DNA of 64,000 nucleotides. It comes from Naegleria gruberi (lineage: Eukaryota). How positions within the stretch are numbered: the stretch's first letter is position 1; each line of letters starts with the position of its first letter. This document shows positions 12,373-23,320 of this stretch, piece after piece. The position numbers were made by a program, and so were the translations under genes. The notes below the pieces were generated by a model. The model was not told where the DNA came from. It saw only the letters and a program-made list of their open reading frames with translations, and ran no database searches. Location of the stretch: the NCBI GenBank assembly GCA_000004985.1, contig GG738845.1. One strand, given 5' to 3'.

Positions 12373-13695
12373 ATGCAACAATTTCTTGCTAAACAAAAAC
12401 AACGTGACCAACAAAAGGAACAAGAAAACCGGAAAGATAGAGAAGAATGGAGACAACGTAGTAAAAAGACACCAACAACAACAACAACACCCGGTAAATC
12501 ATTGATATCATCGACCTCACAAGCTTCAACAACCACAACAACCTCAAGTAGTAATACTCTCTTTTTAAATGGAGCCAAATCATTCCGTATGAGAATAATA
12601 TTATCAACCATTTCTAATAGACCAATTCAAATTAGTAATATCAGACCAAATCATGGTGGTATTAGAGAATTTGAACGTAATTTCCTTCTTTTGATTGATA
12701 AAATTACTAAAGGAAGTAAAATAGAAATTGATTCAACAGGTACAAGAGTTAGCTATAAACCAGGTGTTATTGTTGGAAGTGGAATTGGTTCATTGGCTTT
12801 TGATTGTGGATTAGAACGTGGTATTGGATATTATATTGAAGCTTTAATTTGTCTTTGTCCATTTGGAAAAACATCATCTGATATCTTATTAAAAGGTATT
12901 ACAAATCATCCATTAGATGTTTCAGTTGATATGTATCGTAATTGTACACTTCACTTGTTCGATCATTTTACGAAAAAACAAAATCAACCAGTTGCCCCAA
13001 TTAGTTTACAAATTTTGAAGAGAGGTGCTTTACCATTAGGTGGAGGTGAAGTCAGATTTGAATGCCCAATGGTTAAGGATCAATTAAATCCAATTCAAGT
13101 TCTTGATGAAGGTATGATTAAGAGAGTTAGAGGTATTGCATATAGTACACGTGTTGCACCAACTGTTAGTAATAGACTTGTTGATGGTGCCAGACAAATG
13201 TTAAATTTATACATTCCTGATATTTGGATTCACACAGATCACTATGGTGGTAAAACAAGTGGTTCATCTCCTGGTTGGGCTATTTATTTACAAGCTGAAA
13301 CTGACACTGGTTGTAGAATCACAACTGAATATGTTCCAGATCAAACACACGAAGTTATTCCAACTAGTAAGGATTTAAGTGGAGATTCTGAATGGATGAA
13401 AATACCTGAAGATGTTGGTAAACATTGTGCTAAATTATTATTTGAAGAAATTCACAAAGGTGGTTGTGTTGATTCAATTAATCAGTGGTATATGCTTTAT
13501 TTAATGGCTTTAACTAGTGAAGATGTTTCAAAGATTAGAATTGGAAAACTTAACTCTTATTCAATTGCTTATCTGAGACATTTAAAGGACTTTTTGGGTG
13601 TTGTTTTCAAGATTACTCCTGAGCATGATTCACGAACAATTGTTTTGAGTTGTGTTGGTAGTGGTTATAAGAACATTGCTAGAAAGAGTAATTAA
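12373..13695 (+). CDS. RCL1: RNA 3'-terminal phosphate cyclase-like protein Rcl1 (18S rRNA processing), with a ~75-aa Thr/Ser-rich N-terminal extension
   Basis: The protein aligns along its length to Rcl1: 'FRMRIILSTISNRPIQISNIRPN..GIREFERNFLLLIDKITKGSKIEI', 'GIGYYIEALICLCPF', 'LPLGGGEVRFECPMVKDQLNPIQ', 'IKRVRGIAYSTRV', 'EEIHKGGCVDSINQ', 'YLRHLKDFLGVVFKI'. The track start 12292 is a TTG; the first ATG is at 12373. Confidence 0.9.
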   Translation: MQQFLAKQKQRDQQKEQENRKDREEWRQRSKKTPTTTTTPGKSLISSTSQASTTTTTSSSNTLFLNGAKSFRMRIILSTISNRPIQISNIRPNHGGIREFERNFLLLIDKITKGSKIEIDSTGTRVSYKPGVIVGSGIGSLAFDCGLERGIGYYIEALICLCPFGKTSSDILLKGITNHPLDVSVDMYRNCTLHLFDHFTKKQNQPVAPISLQILKRGALPLGGGEVRFECPMVKDQLNPIQVLDEGMIKRVRGIAYSTRVAPTVSNRLVDGARQMLNLYIPDIWIHTDHYGGKTSGSSPGWAIYLQAETDTGCRITTEYVPDQTHEVIPTSKDLSGDSEWMKIPEDVGKHCAKLLFEEIHKGGCVDSINQWYMLYLMALTSEDVSKIRIGKLNSYSIAYLRHLKDFLGVVFKITPEHDSRTIVLSCVGSGYKNIARKSN

Positions 13696-14011
13696 AGTTT
13701 ATTTTTATTTACTTTTTGAGTTTTTATTAAGGTCAATTCTTTAGCAAACACCAATTATCACTCACTTCATTGGACAATAAAACTGTGATAATATTTGCAC
13801 ATTTTAAAAATAAATTTAAAAAAAAGGCGCCAACACAAACGTTTAATTAAACAAAAAAATATTTAATTGTGTTCATCTTAACGGTCGAAATATCCTTTTC
13901 TCCCCATTGAAAATATTGTTTTCATCCAACGGCCTCGTTCCGGAACTTGCAATATCTAGAAGAATTAAAGCAACTTTTAAAGTAGATATCCTACAAAGTA
14001 GCCGATAGACG

Positions 14012-16246
14012 ATGGATTTTGATCATCAAACAACAACATCTTCCTATTCGACACAGAATCCATCAGTCGTGCCCTCTTCATCTCTTATATCCTCTCCCAA
14101 AACAAAGGATAGTGATTCTCCTTCTGAACTTAATCAGTACGCTAAACAAAAGCTAAACGAATTGTATCTATATTGGATTGGTAAGAAGGAATCACAACAC
14201 CTCATGTTTGAATACATGGAGTCTTTTAATGAATCCATTTCATCACCATTAATGCAATCTCCGAGTAACTCCCCAAATGTTAGCATGATGGATTTGTCAT
14301 CGTCAAGCCAACTATCTTCAAGATCCCAGAATTCTACAATGGATTTTAAACTTAGTGAAGCAAGCTCCTCATCTTCAATGCCTTTAACTCAAATGAAATC
14401 CGACGTACAATATTTAGGAAGTGAAAATAATAGATTTTCATCATCGGATCCAATGATCCAACAACAACCAACTCTTAAAACATCTCCCTCCAAACTTTCC
14501 AACAATTCAAAGATGTCCTCCCCTAAAATGTTTTCCTCCCCAAACAGATCTTCAAAATCACAAGTAATAGTAGATGAAGTAGATTTTTCAATGCAACACA
14601 AACTCTCACATAACGAACCTAGCCATCATTCTCATCATCATTCCCATCCACCTCCTATCAATCCACAAAATGAAACCATGTTTACTACTGTTCTGACAGA
14701 TCAACCCGGAAGTATAGTGTCTATTTCAAACTCCCTTCAAAACATCACTCCTCATTACTTTTCTAATTTATCTACAGGTTCATCTACTCCTCCTAAATCT
14801 CCAATCCACTCCCCAACACGGTCCTCTAAACCAACCAATCTTGATGTGGAAATTGCACATCACCCTTCTATTAACAGTATCAGAAAAAAGTTGAACTTTT
14901 CAGATGACTTGGAAGATAATACTCAAATCAAAACAGGAATTTTACAAAGAAAACTTCAAGAGCTTCAAAACGTAGCAATTAACTATGAAAGCCAAAAGAA
15001 GAAGATGAAAATGAGTGTAGATGATGCTTCATTCTCAAAAATTCCAAGGTTTTACTTTCCTAACGAAAAGATTACAACCACCTCCAAAATTAAGGAGGAT
15101 TTCATCAAGATTAAGCAATTCTTCCTAGGATATCCAACCGGTGTTACTTTGGAGCAATTTGGAAAATTGATAACCGATATTTGTGACTTTCCATCATTTT
15201 TTAGATTTCATTTATTTTCTAGAATAGATGAATTTGGGATGGGAGTTGTAACATGTGAAATGTTTGAAGATTATTGGAAACAAAATATGCAATTTGATAA
15301 CGAGAGCTATAGATATTTTAATGTAATCAAACAGAAAAATAATGACTTTATTGTTCCATCTGATTTCAAGTTACTTTTGAGAGAAATATTGGCCAATCAT
15401 CCTGGATTAAGATTTTTAGAACAAGCTCCTCAATTTCAAGAGAAATATGCAGAGACAGTGATTATTAGAATTTTCTATGGACTTTCCAAATCTTCATCGA
15501 TTGGGAAAATATATCTGAGAGAGTTCAAAAATAGTAATCTTGTAGAAACCTTTAAATTATTAGACAAGGAGCAAGATACCAATAATGAGATTAATTACTT
15601 TGCATACGAGCATTTTTATGTTCTTTTCTGCAAGTTCTGGGAATTGGATACAGACAGAGATGGTATGCTCTCTAAAGATGACTTATTAATTTATGGAGAT
15701 AGCTGTTTAACAGAGTTTATTATTGATAGAATTATGAGTGGATTTGGTAAAAAGCTAACTGGTAAAAACCCAAACATGATGTCATACGAAGATTTTGTGT
15801 GGTTTTGCCTCTCTGAAGAAGATAAAACTACACCAGTTGCTCAAGAATACTGGTTTAGATGTGTAGATATTGATGGAGATGGAGTATTGAGCCTCTACGA
15901 GTTGGAGCAAGTATTTTCAGAACAAAAAGAACGTATCAAACAATATGATCCAGAAATTTCTTTCAGCGACATCCATTGCCAAATAATAGATATGTTAAAA
16001 CCAAAGAATAGAGATGTGATTACATTAGCTGACATTAAGAAATCAAAAATGTCACCAATATTCTTCAATATTTTGTTCAATCTTACAAAATTCTTTGTAT
16101 TTGAACAAAGAGGAACTTTTGGCACCAACAATGTTTGGGCCATCTATGCTAAAGAAGAATATCAAAGATTAATAAGTGAAGACGAAGAAGACCAACAAGA
16201 AATGGTTGATGAAGAGTTGGAAGCCGAAGATGTTGTTATCAACTAG
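14012..16246 (+). CDS. Protein phosphatase 2A regulatory subunit B'' (PR72/PR130-like, EF-hand containing)
   Basis: A single 744-aa ORF. Its C-terminal half carries the B'' family signature 'IPRFYFPNEK...IKQFFLGYPTGVTLEQFGKLITDICDFPSFF...FSRID..GMGVVTCEMFEDYWKQ' and an EF-hand 'DTDRDGMLSKDDLLIYG'. The N-terminal ~350 aa are low-complexity and Ser-rich. Confidence 0.8.
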   Translation: MDFDHQTTTSSYSTQNPSVVPSSSLISSPKTKDSDSPSELNQYAKQKLNELYLYWIGKKESQHLMFEYMESFNESISSPLMQSPSNSPNVSMMDLSSSSQLSSRSQNSTMDFKLSEASSSSSMPLTQMKSDVQYLGSENNRFSSSDPMIQQQPTLKTSPSKLSNNSKMSSPKMFSSPNRSSKSQVIVDEVDFSMQHKLSHNEPSHHSHHHSHPPPINPQNETMFTTVLTDQPGSIVSISNSLQNITPHYFSNLSTGSSTPPKSPIHSPTRSSKPTNLDVEIAHHPSINSIRKKLNFSDDLEDNTQIKTGILQRKLQELQNVAINYESQKKKMKMSVDDASFSKIPRFYFPNEKITTTSKIKEDFIKIKQFFLGYPTGVTLEQFGKLITDICDFPSFFRFHLFSRIDEFGMGVVTCEMFEDYWKQNMQFDNESYRYFNVIKQKNNDFIVPSDFKLLLREILANHPGLRFLEQAPQFQEKYAETVIIRIFYGLSKSSSIGKIYLREFKNSNLVETFKLLDKEQDTNNEINYFAYEHFYVLFCKFWELDTDRDGMLSKDDLLIYGDSCLTEFIIDRIMSGFGKKLTGKNPNMMSYEDFVWFCLSEEDKTTPVAQEYWFRCVDIDGDGVLSLYELEQVFSEQKERIKQYDPEISFSDIHCQIIDMLKPKNRDVITLADIKKSKMSPIFFNILFNLTKFFVFEQRGTFGTNNVWAIYAKEEYQRLISEDEEDQQEMVDEELEAEDVVIN

Positions 16247-16474
16247 CAGCATTATCACAAAAATAAACTTCTATCAAATTCATTTCAGTCATTCACAAAA
16301 AAGCTCCTAAATTATATCAAATTATGATTTATAAAGTATTCCGAAAGCCAAAATCTCTTCCATTATTTGATTCTCTCTTCCACCATACAATGCACAACAA
16401 ATAACAGATATTATTATCATCTTTGTGATTCCTCTCTAATATTTAAATCGTATCAATAATTTCAAAATTAATAA

Positions 16475-16810
16475 TTAATTGGTGAAACAATTCTTTTGCA
16501 TTGCCTCTCTCAACATGGTTGGATTATTACCAATAAAACGGTCCACAACTTTACCATCCTTGAGAAAGATAAAACTTGGCATTTGATTCACATGATATTT
16601 ATCAGCAAGTTCATCATGATGATCCACATTAACTTTAACAACATTGATACAGTGTTGATATTGGGTTGCCAATTGTTCAACAGTCGGAGCGATTTGTCGG
16701 CAAGGACTGCACCAATTTGCATAGAAATCTGCCATCACCACTTTGGCGGCAGTACTGCTGGAGGAGAGAACTTGATTGAATTCTTGTGGTGAATGAATGT
16801 GTTGAGCCAT
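16475..16810 (-). CDS. TRX: Thioredoxin (active site WCSPC variant)
   Basis: A 111-aa ORF: '...VVMADFYANWCSPCRQIAPTVEQLA...VKVNVDHHDELADKYHVNQMPSFIFLKDGKVVDRFIGNNPTMLREAM'. This is the canonical Trx fold order, with CSPC in place of CGPC (verified from the nucleotides). Confidence 0.85.
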   Translation of the reverse strand: MAQHIHSPQEFNQVLSSSSTAAKVVMADFYANWCSPCRQIAPTVEQLATQYQHCINVVKVNVDHHDELADKYHVNQMPSFIFLKDGKVVDRFIGNNPTMLREAMQKNCFTN

Positions 16811-17505
16811 TTTTTGTTAATATTATTTTTAAATATTATTACAACGCTGTAGTTGTCATTTAGTAATTTTAGATAACACTATTTTCCTTAATGCTCTTCA
16901 TTCTTTCAAGAAAAAGAATATTAATAAGAACTGTTGCTCTCTGTTACTGGTGCCCTCAATAAAAAGTTAATTCTCCCTCACTTGTTATCTTCGTAATCAA
17001 AAAAACCGGCTTCCGAAGGATGTTACCCAATGACTTTTTGTGATTTCCTTCAAACAATCTCAACGGTTAGAAACATAATCTCGGTTCTGATTTGTGAATT
17101 GGCGCCAAAATCGCATCATTCTCGCCCATAAAATTTTAAAAAATTAAAAAATTTTGAAAAAAAATTTCCTAGTGTTTTACGAGGTATGTTATGAGTGTTG
17201 TTGTTGGTGCTAACAACAAATTATGCGCTGCGCTTTGTTAAATTGCTCTTCGGCTGGTTCTACATACAAATTATTCATATTATTTTCCAACAACTTGGAT
17301 GACGTGAAATATCCACATGCACTCCATTTTCAATTTTTTTCTCCTTTTGTTTCATGGTATAACATGTGGAACTTCCATGTGTGATTTTAATTGACACTTG
17401 CTGGATGGATACACGTTATCTTTATTTGATGATAACAATATTGCTACGTTGTAAATTATTTTAACAATTGTTAAAATTGCCACGTGTATTTTGGTAAATA
17501 GTACT

Positions 17506-18444
17506 ATGCCTCTCCTTCTCAAAGAACCATTGCTCGCCTTCTATCGTGAGGTTGTTGCTGAACCATCCAAACTCATGGATGTTAACTTCCTTTCCACTTC
17601 ATATCATGAAAAGTTTAGACTTACATTGGACCAAACTTACTTCATGAAGGAATGGACAAACGTTCTCCCAATTTCTTCAGTAATTATCTACTTGTTCATT
17701 GTCTTTGTTTTGCCAAAGATGCTTCCAAAACCAGATAAGAATGCTTCCAGACCAATTTTGAAGACTGTCATGTTCTTGTGGAATATTTTCTTGTGTATTT
17801 TGTCACTTGCCATGTTGTTAGGTACTGCTATCCCATACTTCAACCTCTTGAAGAATGAATACAATTATTCTATGCCAGGTTTGATTTGTGAACAAAAGAA
17901 GGCTGTTGGTGCTGCTGAAGGTTATCCACACATTGTTTGGGCCTACATCTTTGCTCTCTCTAAGTATTTAGAACTCTTCGACACTGTCTTGTTGGTTATC
18001 AAGCATCCAGACCGTAAAGTTCCATTCTTGCACTGGTTCCACCACTTGACCGTTTTGTGTTTCACTTGGTATGCTGTTTATACTCAATATGCTGTCGGAT
18101 ATTGTTTCATTATCATGAACTCTCTCATTCACACTTTCATGTACTATTACTATGCTTTGACTGAATTGGGTTTCAGACCAAGCTGGAATTTCCTCTTGAC
18201 TATTGGACAAATTTCTCAAATGATTTTGGGTATTGTCTGTAACGTCATCTTTGCCATGAAGTGGTTCGAAAATAAGGAAAAGGGACTCTCAATCGATGAA
18301 AATTGTACTTGTTATGCTCCTTATGAAATTATGCTCAGCTGCGTTCTTATGTACGGTTCATACTTGTATTTGTTCGTTGACTTCTTCGTTAGAAAGTACT
18401 TTGGATCAAGCAAGCCAGTTGTTGCCAAGCCTAAGTCAGAATAA
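17506..18444 (+). CDS. ELO-family very-long-chain fatty acid elongase
   Basis: The HxxHH box 'LHWFHHLTVLCFTWYA' is present, with a multi-TM profile and a C-terminal Lys-rich tail. The track start 17491 is a TTG; the ATG is at 17506. Confidence 0.85.
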   Translation: MPLLLKEPLLAFYREVVAEPSKLMDVNFLSTSYHEKFRLTLDQTYFMKEWTNVLPISSVIIYLFIVFVLPKMLPKPDKNASRPILKTVMFLWNIFLCILSLAMLLGTAIPYFNLLKNEYNYSMPGLICEQKKAVGAAEGYPHIVWAYIFALSKYLELFDTVLLVIKHPDRKVPFLHWFHHLTVLCFTWYAVYTQYAVGYCFIIMNSLIHTFMYYYYALTELGFRPSWNFLLTIGQISQMILGIVCNVIFAMKWFENKEKGLSIDENCTCYAPYEIMLSCVLMYGSYLYLFVDFFVRKYFGSSKPVVAKPKSE

Positions 18445-18808
18445 TTCTTTTCAACCAAACTATTTGAGTTTAAAAACTAAATAAATTTTGTAATTCTCTT
18501 GTAAAGTATGTTTGTAAAGTATGTTCCCCCATTGAAACTTGAAACAAATTTAAATTGCAGCTATTTTGGTAAAATTCACCAAGAAGTTTATTAAGAAAAC
18601 CATTCTAAATAGACTTAAAGTCCAAAAGTCTAGATATAGGACAAGCAGATTCTAAATGATACGGAATGCTAATTTGTTGGATGGCACCTTGCCCAAACAA
18701 AGACTTGTTCCCAATTTGGTCACCCTTAATATTTTTGAATGTTTCAGGAACTGCACTCTTTGTTAGAGACACAATTGAAAAAAAAACAAACTGATTCAGT
18801 GGCGCGTA

Positions 18809-19731
18809 GTGATGGGATCGAACACGTCCATTACACACACAACTCCTACCCTGATGATTGAGAGGAGACATCATTACAAACCAAGAGCAACACCATACCA
18901 CCATTCTGATCATTCTAATGATGGTAGGAGAAGAGAAGGTCGAGCCTCACGTTCATTGAATGGTTCATCTTCGCACAGTCATGATTACTCTACAGCAAAG
19001 GAAGAAGAGGCACTCCCTTAATAATTCTACCGCACAGGATAAGAAACGATATGTACATCGAAGTAATGATGACTTGATCTTTTCAAAGAGGGTTGGTGCT
19101 ACTCTTCATAGAAGTCAAGAAAATTCCTCTAACCAATCCAATGGCTCATTTGGAAAGATTGCAGGTTTTACTCCAGTTGTTGACTTCTCGCCACTTCCAA
19201 AGGTTGAAAGTGAATCAAATTTCATTATTCATCACTCACCGAATCCAAGTACTGCTACCATTCCTCCAGTATCAAAAATTCTAATTCCAACATATACTAA
19301 TTCTCAATGTCATAGATTTAAGACCTCAAATGTCAGATTCTCCATCAAAGCTTCCTCAACTGACTTTTGGAAAGCAAGCAAGAAAGTCGATTGTTGTATC
19401 GGATGCAAGTGGCTTAATTGTATCTTTTATAACAAATGCATTTGACAAATCAAGAGGAAAATCAGAAGATGACGACTTGGTTGTTATCGACCAATCTCTT
19501 TCCTCATCATATCAATCATTACCACCACTCAATGAAAATCTTGGAAATGAGCAAGTTCAAATCATTGTAACTCCACCACCAAGCCTGCCAGATTTGAGCC
19601 ATTTGGGTGTATCTCATTGTAAGTTAAGACTCATGTCTCTTGAAATTTCACAAAAGCGTAAAATGTCCAGAGACAAGAGGGATATTATTTGCTCACCGTC
19701 CAATAAATTCAAACCTATTGTTTTGAGGTAA
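18809..19731 (+). pseudogene. Low-complexity Ser/His-rich ORF set in three successive frames (possible multi-exon gene with very short introns, or a decayed gene)
   Basis: Track ORFs 18809..19021, 18960..19445 and 19330..19731 follow one another, each shifted by one frame. A 28-nt GT..AG segment (gtcatagatttaagacctcaaatgtcag) would join frames 2 and 3. No recognisable domain is present. Confidence 0.2.
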
Positions 19732-19859
19732 ATAAAGTGTAAGCTGACTGCATTAATTACGTACTAACAATGAACAATTAATGTCTAGAGGAATTAATTT
19801 AATAAATACTCTTTCATCCAGTGGACACCAGAATTATTATTTACATTGTTCTATACAGC

Positions 19860-21779
19860 TTAATCGTCGAAATTTGTCATTTCTTCTTCTTCATCCAAGT
19901 TTCGTTCTTCATCAAAGAATTGATCTATCATTGAACCAAGAGTTTTGGAATCATATGAAACGTACTTTGTAACATTCTTACTGAATTCGGTATTTTTGTA
20001 CTTTTCAACAAATTGTGTATATACAGGTATAACTTCTTCACGAGTTTTGTCTCTGAGCTCTTCCTTTAGTTCTATATCCCTGATGCAGTATGTTCTCTGA
20101 ATCATGTAAATAGCTTGGAATAGTTCGTTGAATTTGGAAAATCTCTTCTTAATCTCTTTCTTTGGATACTTTCCATTCTTATCAGGTTTTAACTTTTCTT
20201 GGTCTCTGAAATGTGAAAGAACATCATCCCAGGTAGCTCTTATGTATGAGTTGGTATCATCTTCCTTTAACTTCTTGTATTCTCTTTGTTTGGCTTCAGG
20301 AACATGCTTCTTGATTTTGGCATCTTGTAAATTCTTGAAAATATAATAGTGATTGTTCAGCACGAAAAGAGAAGCAAGACTCTTTTGTTTTGTGCTGTAT
20401 TGCTTTTTCTTTTCATCAATATTATGCTCAACAGCCTCTATCAATTGTAATAAATATTTGGCAAAGTAGGTCTTAATGTCACTATAACCAAACATTCTAT
20501 CAGTGTCGAATCTCTTCTGTTTGAGGATATTCTCAATGGATGGGTATTCAAGTAGTCTCTTCATGAAGGAGAATGCATTACTTGTAGCTTGATGGACAAC
20601 ACCATCCTCAAATGCTTTGATTTGATTGGTATGAATATTCTTATGAAAATCTGTCAGTAAATCATTAATATTATTCTTGAATGTTTCAGATAAGGTCTTG
20701 AATGCTTGCAAATGTTGAGTGTGAGCCAAAACTTCTTCGAAATTTTTCAAAAGCTTATTCTCAAAGTTTTCCAAAATATCTAGCATGACAAACACCTTTT
20801 CACTAGTTCTATTCTTATCTGCCAAATCTTCTGCTTGTTCTTTGAATATCTTTAAACTTGGAGAAACAACGTCACCATAAATTTGATTCTTTTGGTAGTC
20901 AACACTGACAACTTTCAGTGCAATCTTTCTTTCAGATTCCAACAGTTTCAAGTAAAAGTTCATGTAAAATATGAATGGATGAGAACCCTTCTTGTAGTAT
21001 TTCTGACTAAGAATCATATCATCATCCTTCTTTTTCAATTGTTTGATAGCATTCAAATTTGTTGGAACTTGCAATGCTTTATCCTTCTTTTCTGGTATAA
21101 GTACATTAAGAGCTGTTGTAATGCACTTGGATCTGTATTGAATGTATGTTCTTCTATAATCAATTTTACTGTAAAATTCCAATTTTTGAGCAATTGTAGA
21201 TAATTGATCAATCTTCTCCGAAGGAATTAAATCATAAGTTAAATCAAAATCATCCCTTTCCAAATCTTCCTTTCTATATCTGAAAGGGTCATTAGCTGGT
21301 GCTTTGGCACTAACAGTTTGAAGAATGTTAGAAAATTCGGCTTCCAATATTTGAACTGATTTTTGTCTCAACGAAAGACATTTGTCTTTTAATTTATCAG
21401 CACCTTTATAATTACTATGTTTTGAGAAGAAGGTAATAGTTTCATCATTTTGTTTGACAACTCCGAGAAAGCCTTCCAAATCATTAGCAATTCCTTTTTC
21501 AATCCTCTTTTCGAACATTTGTGGTCTATTATACTTTTCCAGAGTAAGATCCACACTTTTAATTGTAGAATCAATATTATCATGAGCCATCTTTAAAACA
21601 TCAATTCTATCATTCATGCTCGTCATTTCCTGCTCCAATTTTGAAAATCGATTTTCAAATCGATCTAGAATAGATACAATCTGATCCTTGATTTGAGAGC
21701 TTTTATTTAAACTCTCCTCCAACACTTTCAAATTCTTTTCAAAATGTTGAAAGGTTTTTGTAGGTATCGGGTTTTGCAT
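19860..21779 (-). CDS. EXO70: Exocyst complex component Exo70
   Basis: A 639-aa single ORF. The C-terminal signature 'KKRFSKFNELFQAIYMIQRTYCIRDIELKEELRDKTREEVIPVYTQFVEKY' matches the Exo70 'FN..F.E....Q..W.V.D..LREEL......PAY..F' block. The N-terminus is coiled-coil. Confidence 0.8.
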   Translation of the reverse strand: MQNPIPTKTFQHFEKNLKVLEESLNKSSQIKDQIVSILDRFENRFSKLEQEMTSMNDRIDVLKMAHDNIDSTIKSVDLTLEKYNRPQMFEKRIEKGIANDLEGFLGVVKQNDETITFFSKHSNYKGADKLKDKCLSLRQKSVQILEAEFSNILQTVSAKAPANDPFRYRKEDLERDDFDLTYDLIPSEKIDQLSTIAQKLEFYSKIDYRRTYIQYRSKCITTALNVLIPEKKDKALQVPTNLNAIKQLKKKDDDMILSQKYYKKGSHPFIFYMNFYLKLLESERKIALKVVSVDYQKNQIYGDVVSPSLKIFKEQAEDLADKNRTSEKVFVMLDILENFENKLLKNFEEVLAHTQHLQAFKTLSETFKNNINDLLTDFHKNIHTNQIKAFEDGVVHQATSNAFSFMKRLLEYPSIENILKQKRFDTDRMFGYSDIKTYFAKYLLQLIEAVEHNIDEKKKQYSTKQKSLASLFVLNNHYYIFKNLQDAKIKKHVPEAKQREYKKLKEDDTNSYIRATWDDVLSHFRDQEKLKPDKNGKYPKKEIKKRFSKFNELFQAIYMIQRTYCIRDIELKEELRDKTREEVIPVYTQFVEKYKNTEFSKNVTKYVSYDSKTLGSMIDQFFDEERNLDEEEEMTNFDD

Positions 21780-21962
21780 TTTTTTTTGATAATAAATTAT
21801 CCACTCACAACAACAATTTAAATTTATTATTAAAAAAACGTGATTTGAAAGAAGAATGGAATTCGTTAGAAGTTTTCAACAACAAAAATAACATTTTAAT
21901 AAAAGTGACTTGTATTTTTAATTATTTTAAAGTATTTTGGCGCCAGTATTAACTACAAAAAA

Positions 21963-22301
21963 ATGTCAATGCACAACGAGAAGGATTTAGCCTTGGATAA
22001 GGAAAAGATTCAAAGAATAGTGAAGGATGCTGTTGAAAGTGTTATACAACATGATACGCCCTATGATCATTCTAAAGTGACTCACTGGGTTAATAATATT
22101 ATTGATAAAACAATGAAGGCAACAACAGGTCTTTCAAAGCCATTCAAATATATTGTTACTTGTGTGATTGTACAAAATAACGGAGCTGGTTTCCATACGG
22201 CATCATCTTGTTATTGGGAAACAACTGACGACAGTTATATTGACAAGTTTGAAGGACAGAATTTGTATTGTATAACCAGTGTTTATTGGATAAGTCTCTA
22301 A
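21963..22301 (+). CDS. DYNLT: Dynein light chain Tctex-1 family
   Basis: '[54 protein letters not shown]' is near-identical in pattern to the Tctex1 C-terminus ([26 protein letters not shown]...MYCIVSAFGL). Confidence 0.85.
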   Translation: [112 protein letters not shown]

Positions 22302-23107
22302 GATGATTTATTTTGGATAGTATTATTATTATTATTTGTTTCATCATGATTTGATGGTGATTTTTCATTGATTTCATTATTCAATAGTACTTTTGAATCC
22401 TGCTGAGAAATGAGCTCAGCCTTTTGTAAATCCTCTTTCAGTAATTGATCATCATCTTTAATCACTGCAATATCATGCATTTCTTCTCTAAACTTTTTAA
22501 TTCCACTCGCAACATTTTTAACTTGATCCATCCATTGATCCTTATTAAACATTTGATTTGTTCCTAATAAATCAGATAATTCCTTCCTCTTTTTAAATGA
22601 TTCAATATCTCTTCCCATTCCTTCATTATATCCAATCATAAATTGCCTTATACATGTTTGAACGAGCATAAATCTAGATCTAACAATATGTTGAAATTTT
22701 GTTTGGAATTTTTCCCAATCATGTAATGAATTTGTAAATTGTTTTTCGGGTTCTTGTTGATTTTCTTTTTTATCATTTCTTGGAATGACCATTGATTCTC
22801 CAACTTCTTCCCTATATTGACTATCCCAACTTTCATTATTCTTTTTAAACATATTAACATAGTACATGACTCCATCTTTAATTTCCGTAAAGGTATCCAC
22901 AAGAGTATCACGAATTATTTTAGGTTGAGCAGAGAGTGGTATTTTCTTAGGTTCTGGTTCACCTGGATCATTCGGAATACCAGCAGAATGTTCATGTTTA
23001 ATATCTTCCCATCTCCATTTAACTTCAAATTTAATCTTATCCCAATGTTGTCGGAGAGGAATTGATCTTAATTTATCAACCGTTTGTTTAATTCTTTGTG
23101 GATTCAT
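22298..23107 (-). CDS. Hypothetical charged/coiled-coil protein (no family recognised)
   Basis: A 283-aa track ORF. The likely true start is the internal ATG at 23105-23107 (MNPQRIKQTVDKL...). It is convergent with the Tctex-1 gene and their stop codons overlap. Confidence 0.4.
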   Translation of the reverse strand: MNPQRIKQTVDKLRSIPLRQHWDKIKFEVKWRWEDIKHEHSAGIPNDPGEPEPKKIPLSAQPKIIRDTLVDTFTEIKDGVMYYVNMFKKNNESWDSQYREEVGESMVIPRNDKKENQQEPEKQFTNSLHDWEKFQTKFQHIVRSRFMLVQTCIRQFMIGYNEGMGRDIESFKKRKELSDLLGTNQMFNKDQWMDQVKNVASGIKKFREEMHDIAVIKDDDQLLKEDLQKAELISQQDSKVLLNNEINEKSPSNHDETNNNNNTIQNKSS

Positions 23108-23320
23108 TTTTTTAATTATTAATAATAAAATCAATAATTTATTATTCAATTAATTGAACAATTTATTGAGAACACTAATTTTGCAATAAATCCACCTTGA
23201 GTAGTGGTAGTAGAACATCTGAAAAGATATTTCAATTTCACACCAATTTTATCTTTCCGTAATTGTAAACTGTAAACAAACTTTTTATAGAATCTTCATC
23301 ATCATCAATTTATTAAAAAA

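Noticed and set aside
18790-18860. tRNA-like T-loop sequence (GTTCGATCC on the minus strand, followed by ...CGCGCCA)
   Set aside because: No acceptor, D or anticodon stems can be folded around it. A 9-mer of this kind is expected by chance about 0.5 times in 64 kb. It is treated as coincidental, or at most a tRNA/SINE relic.
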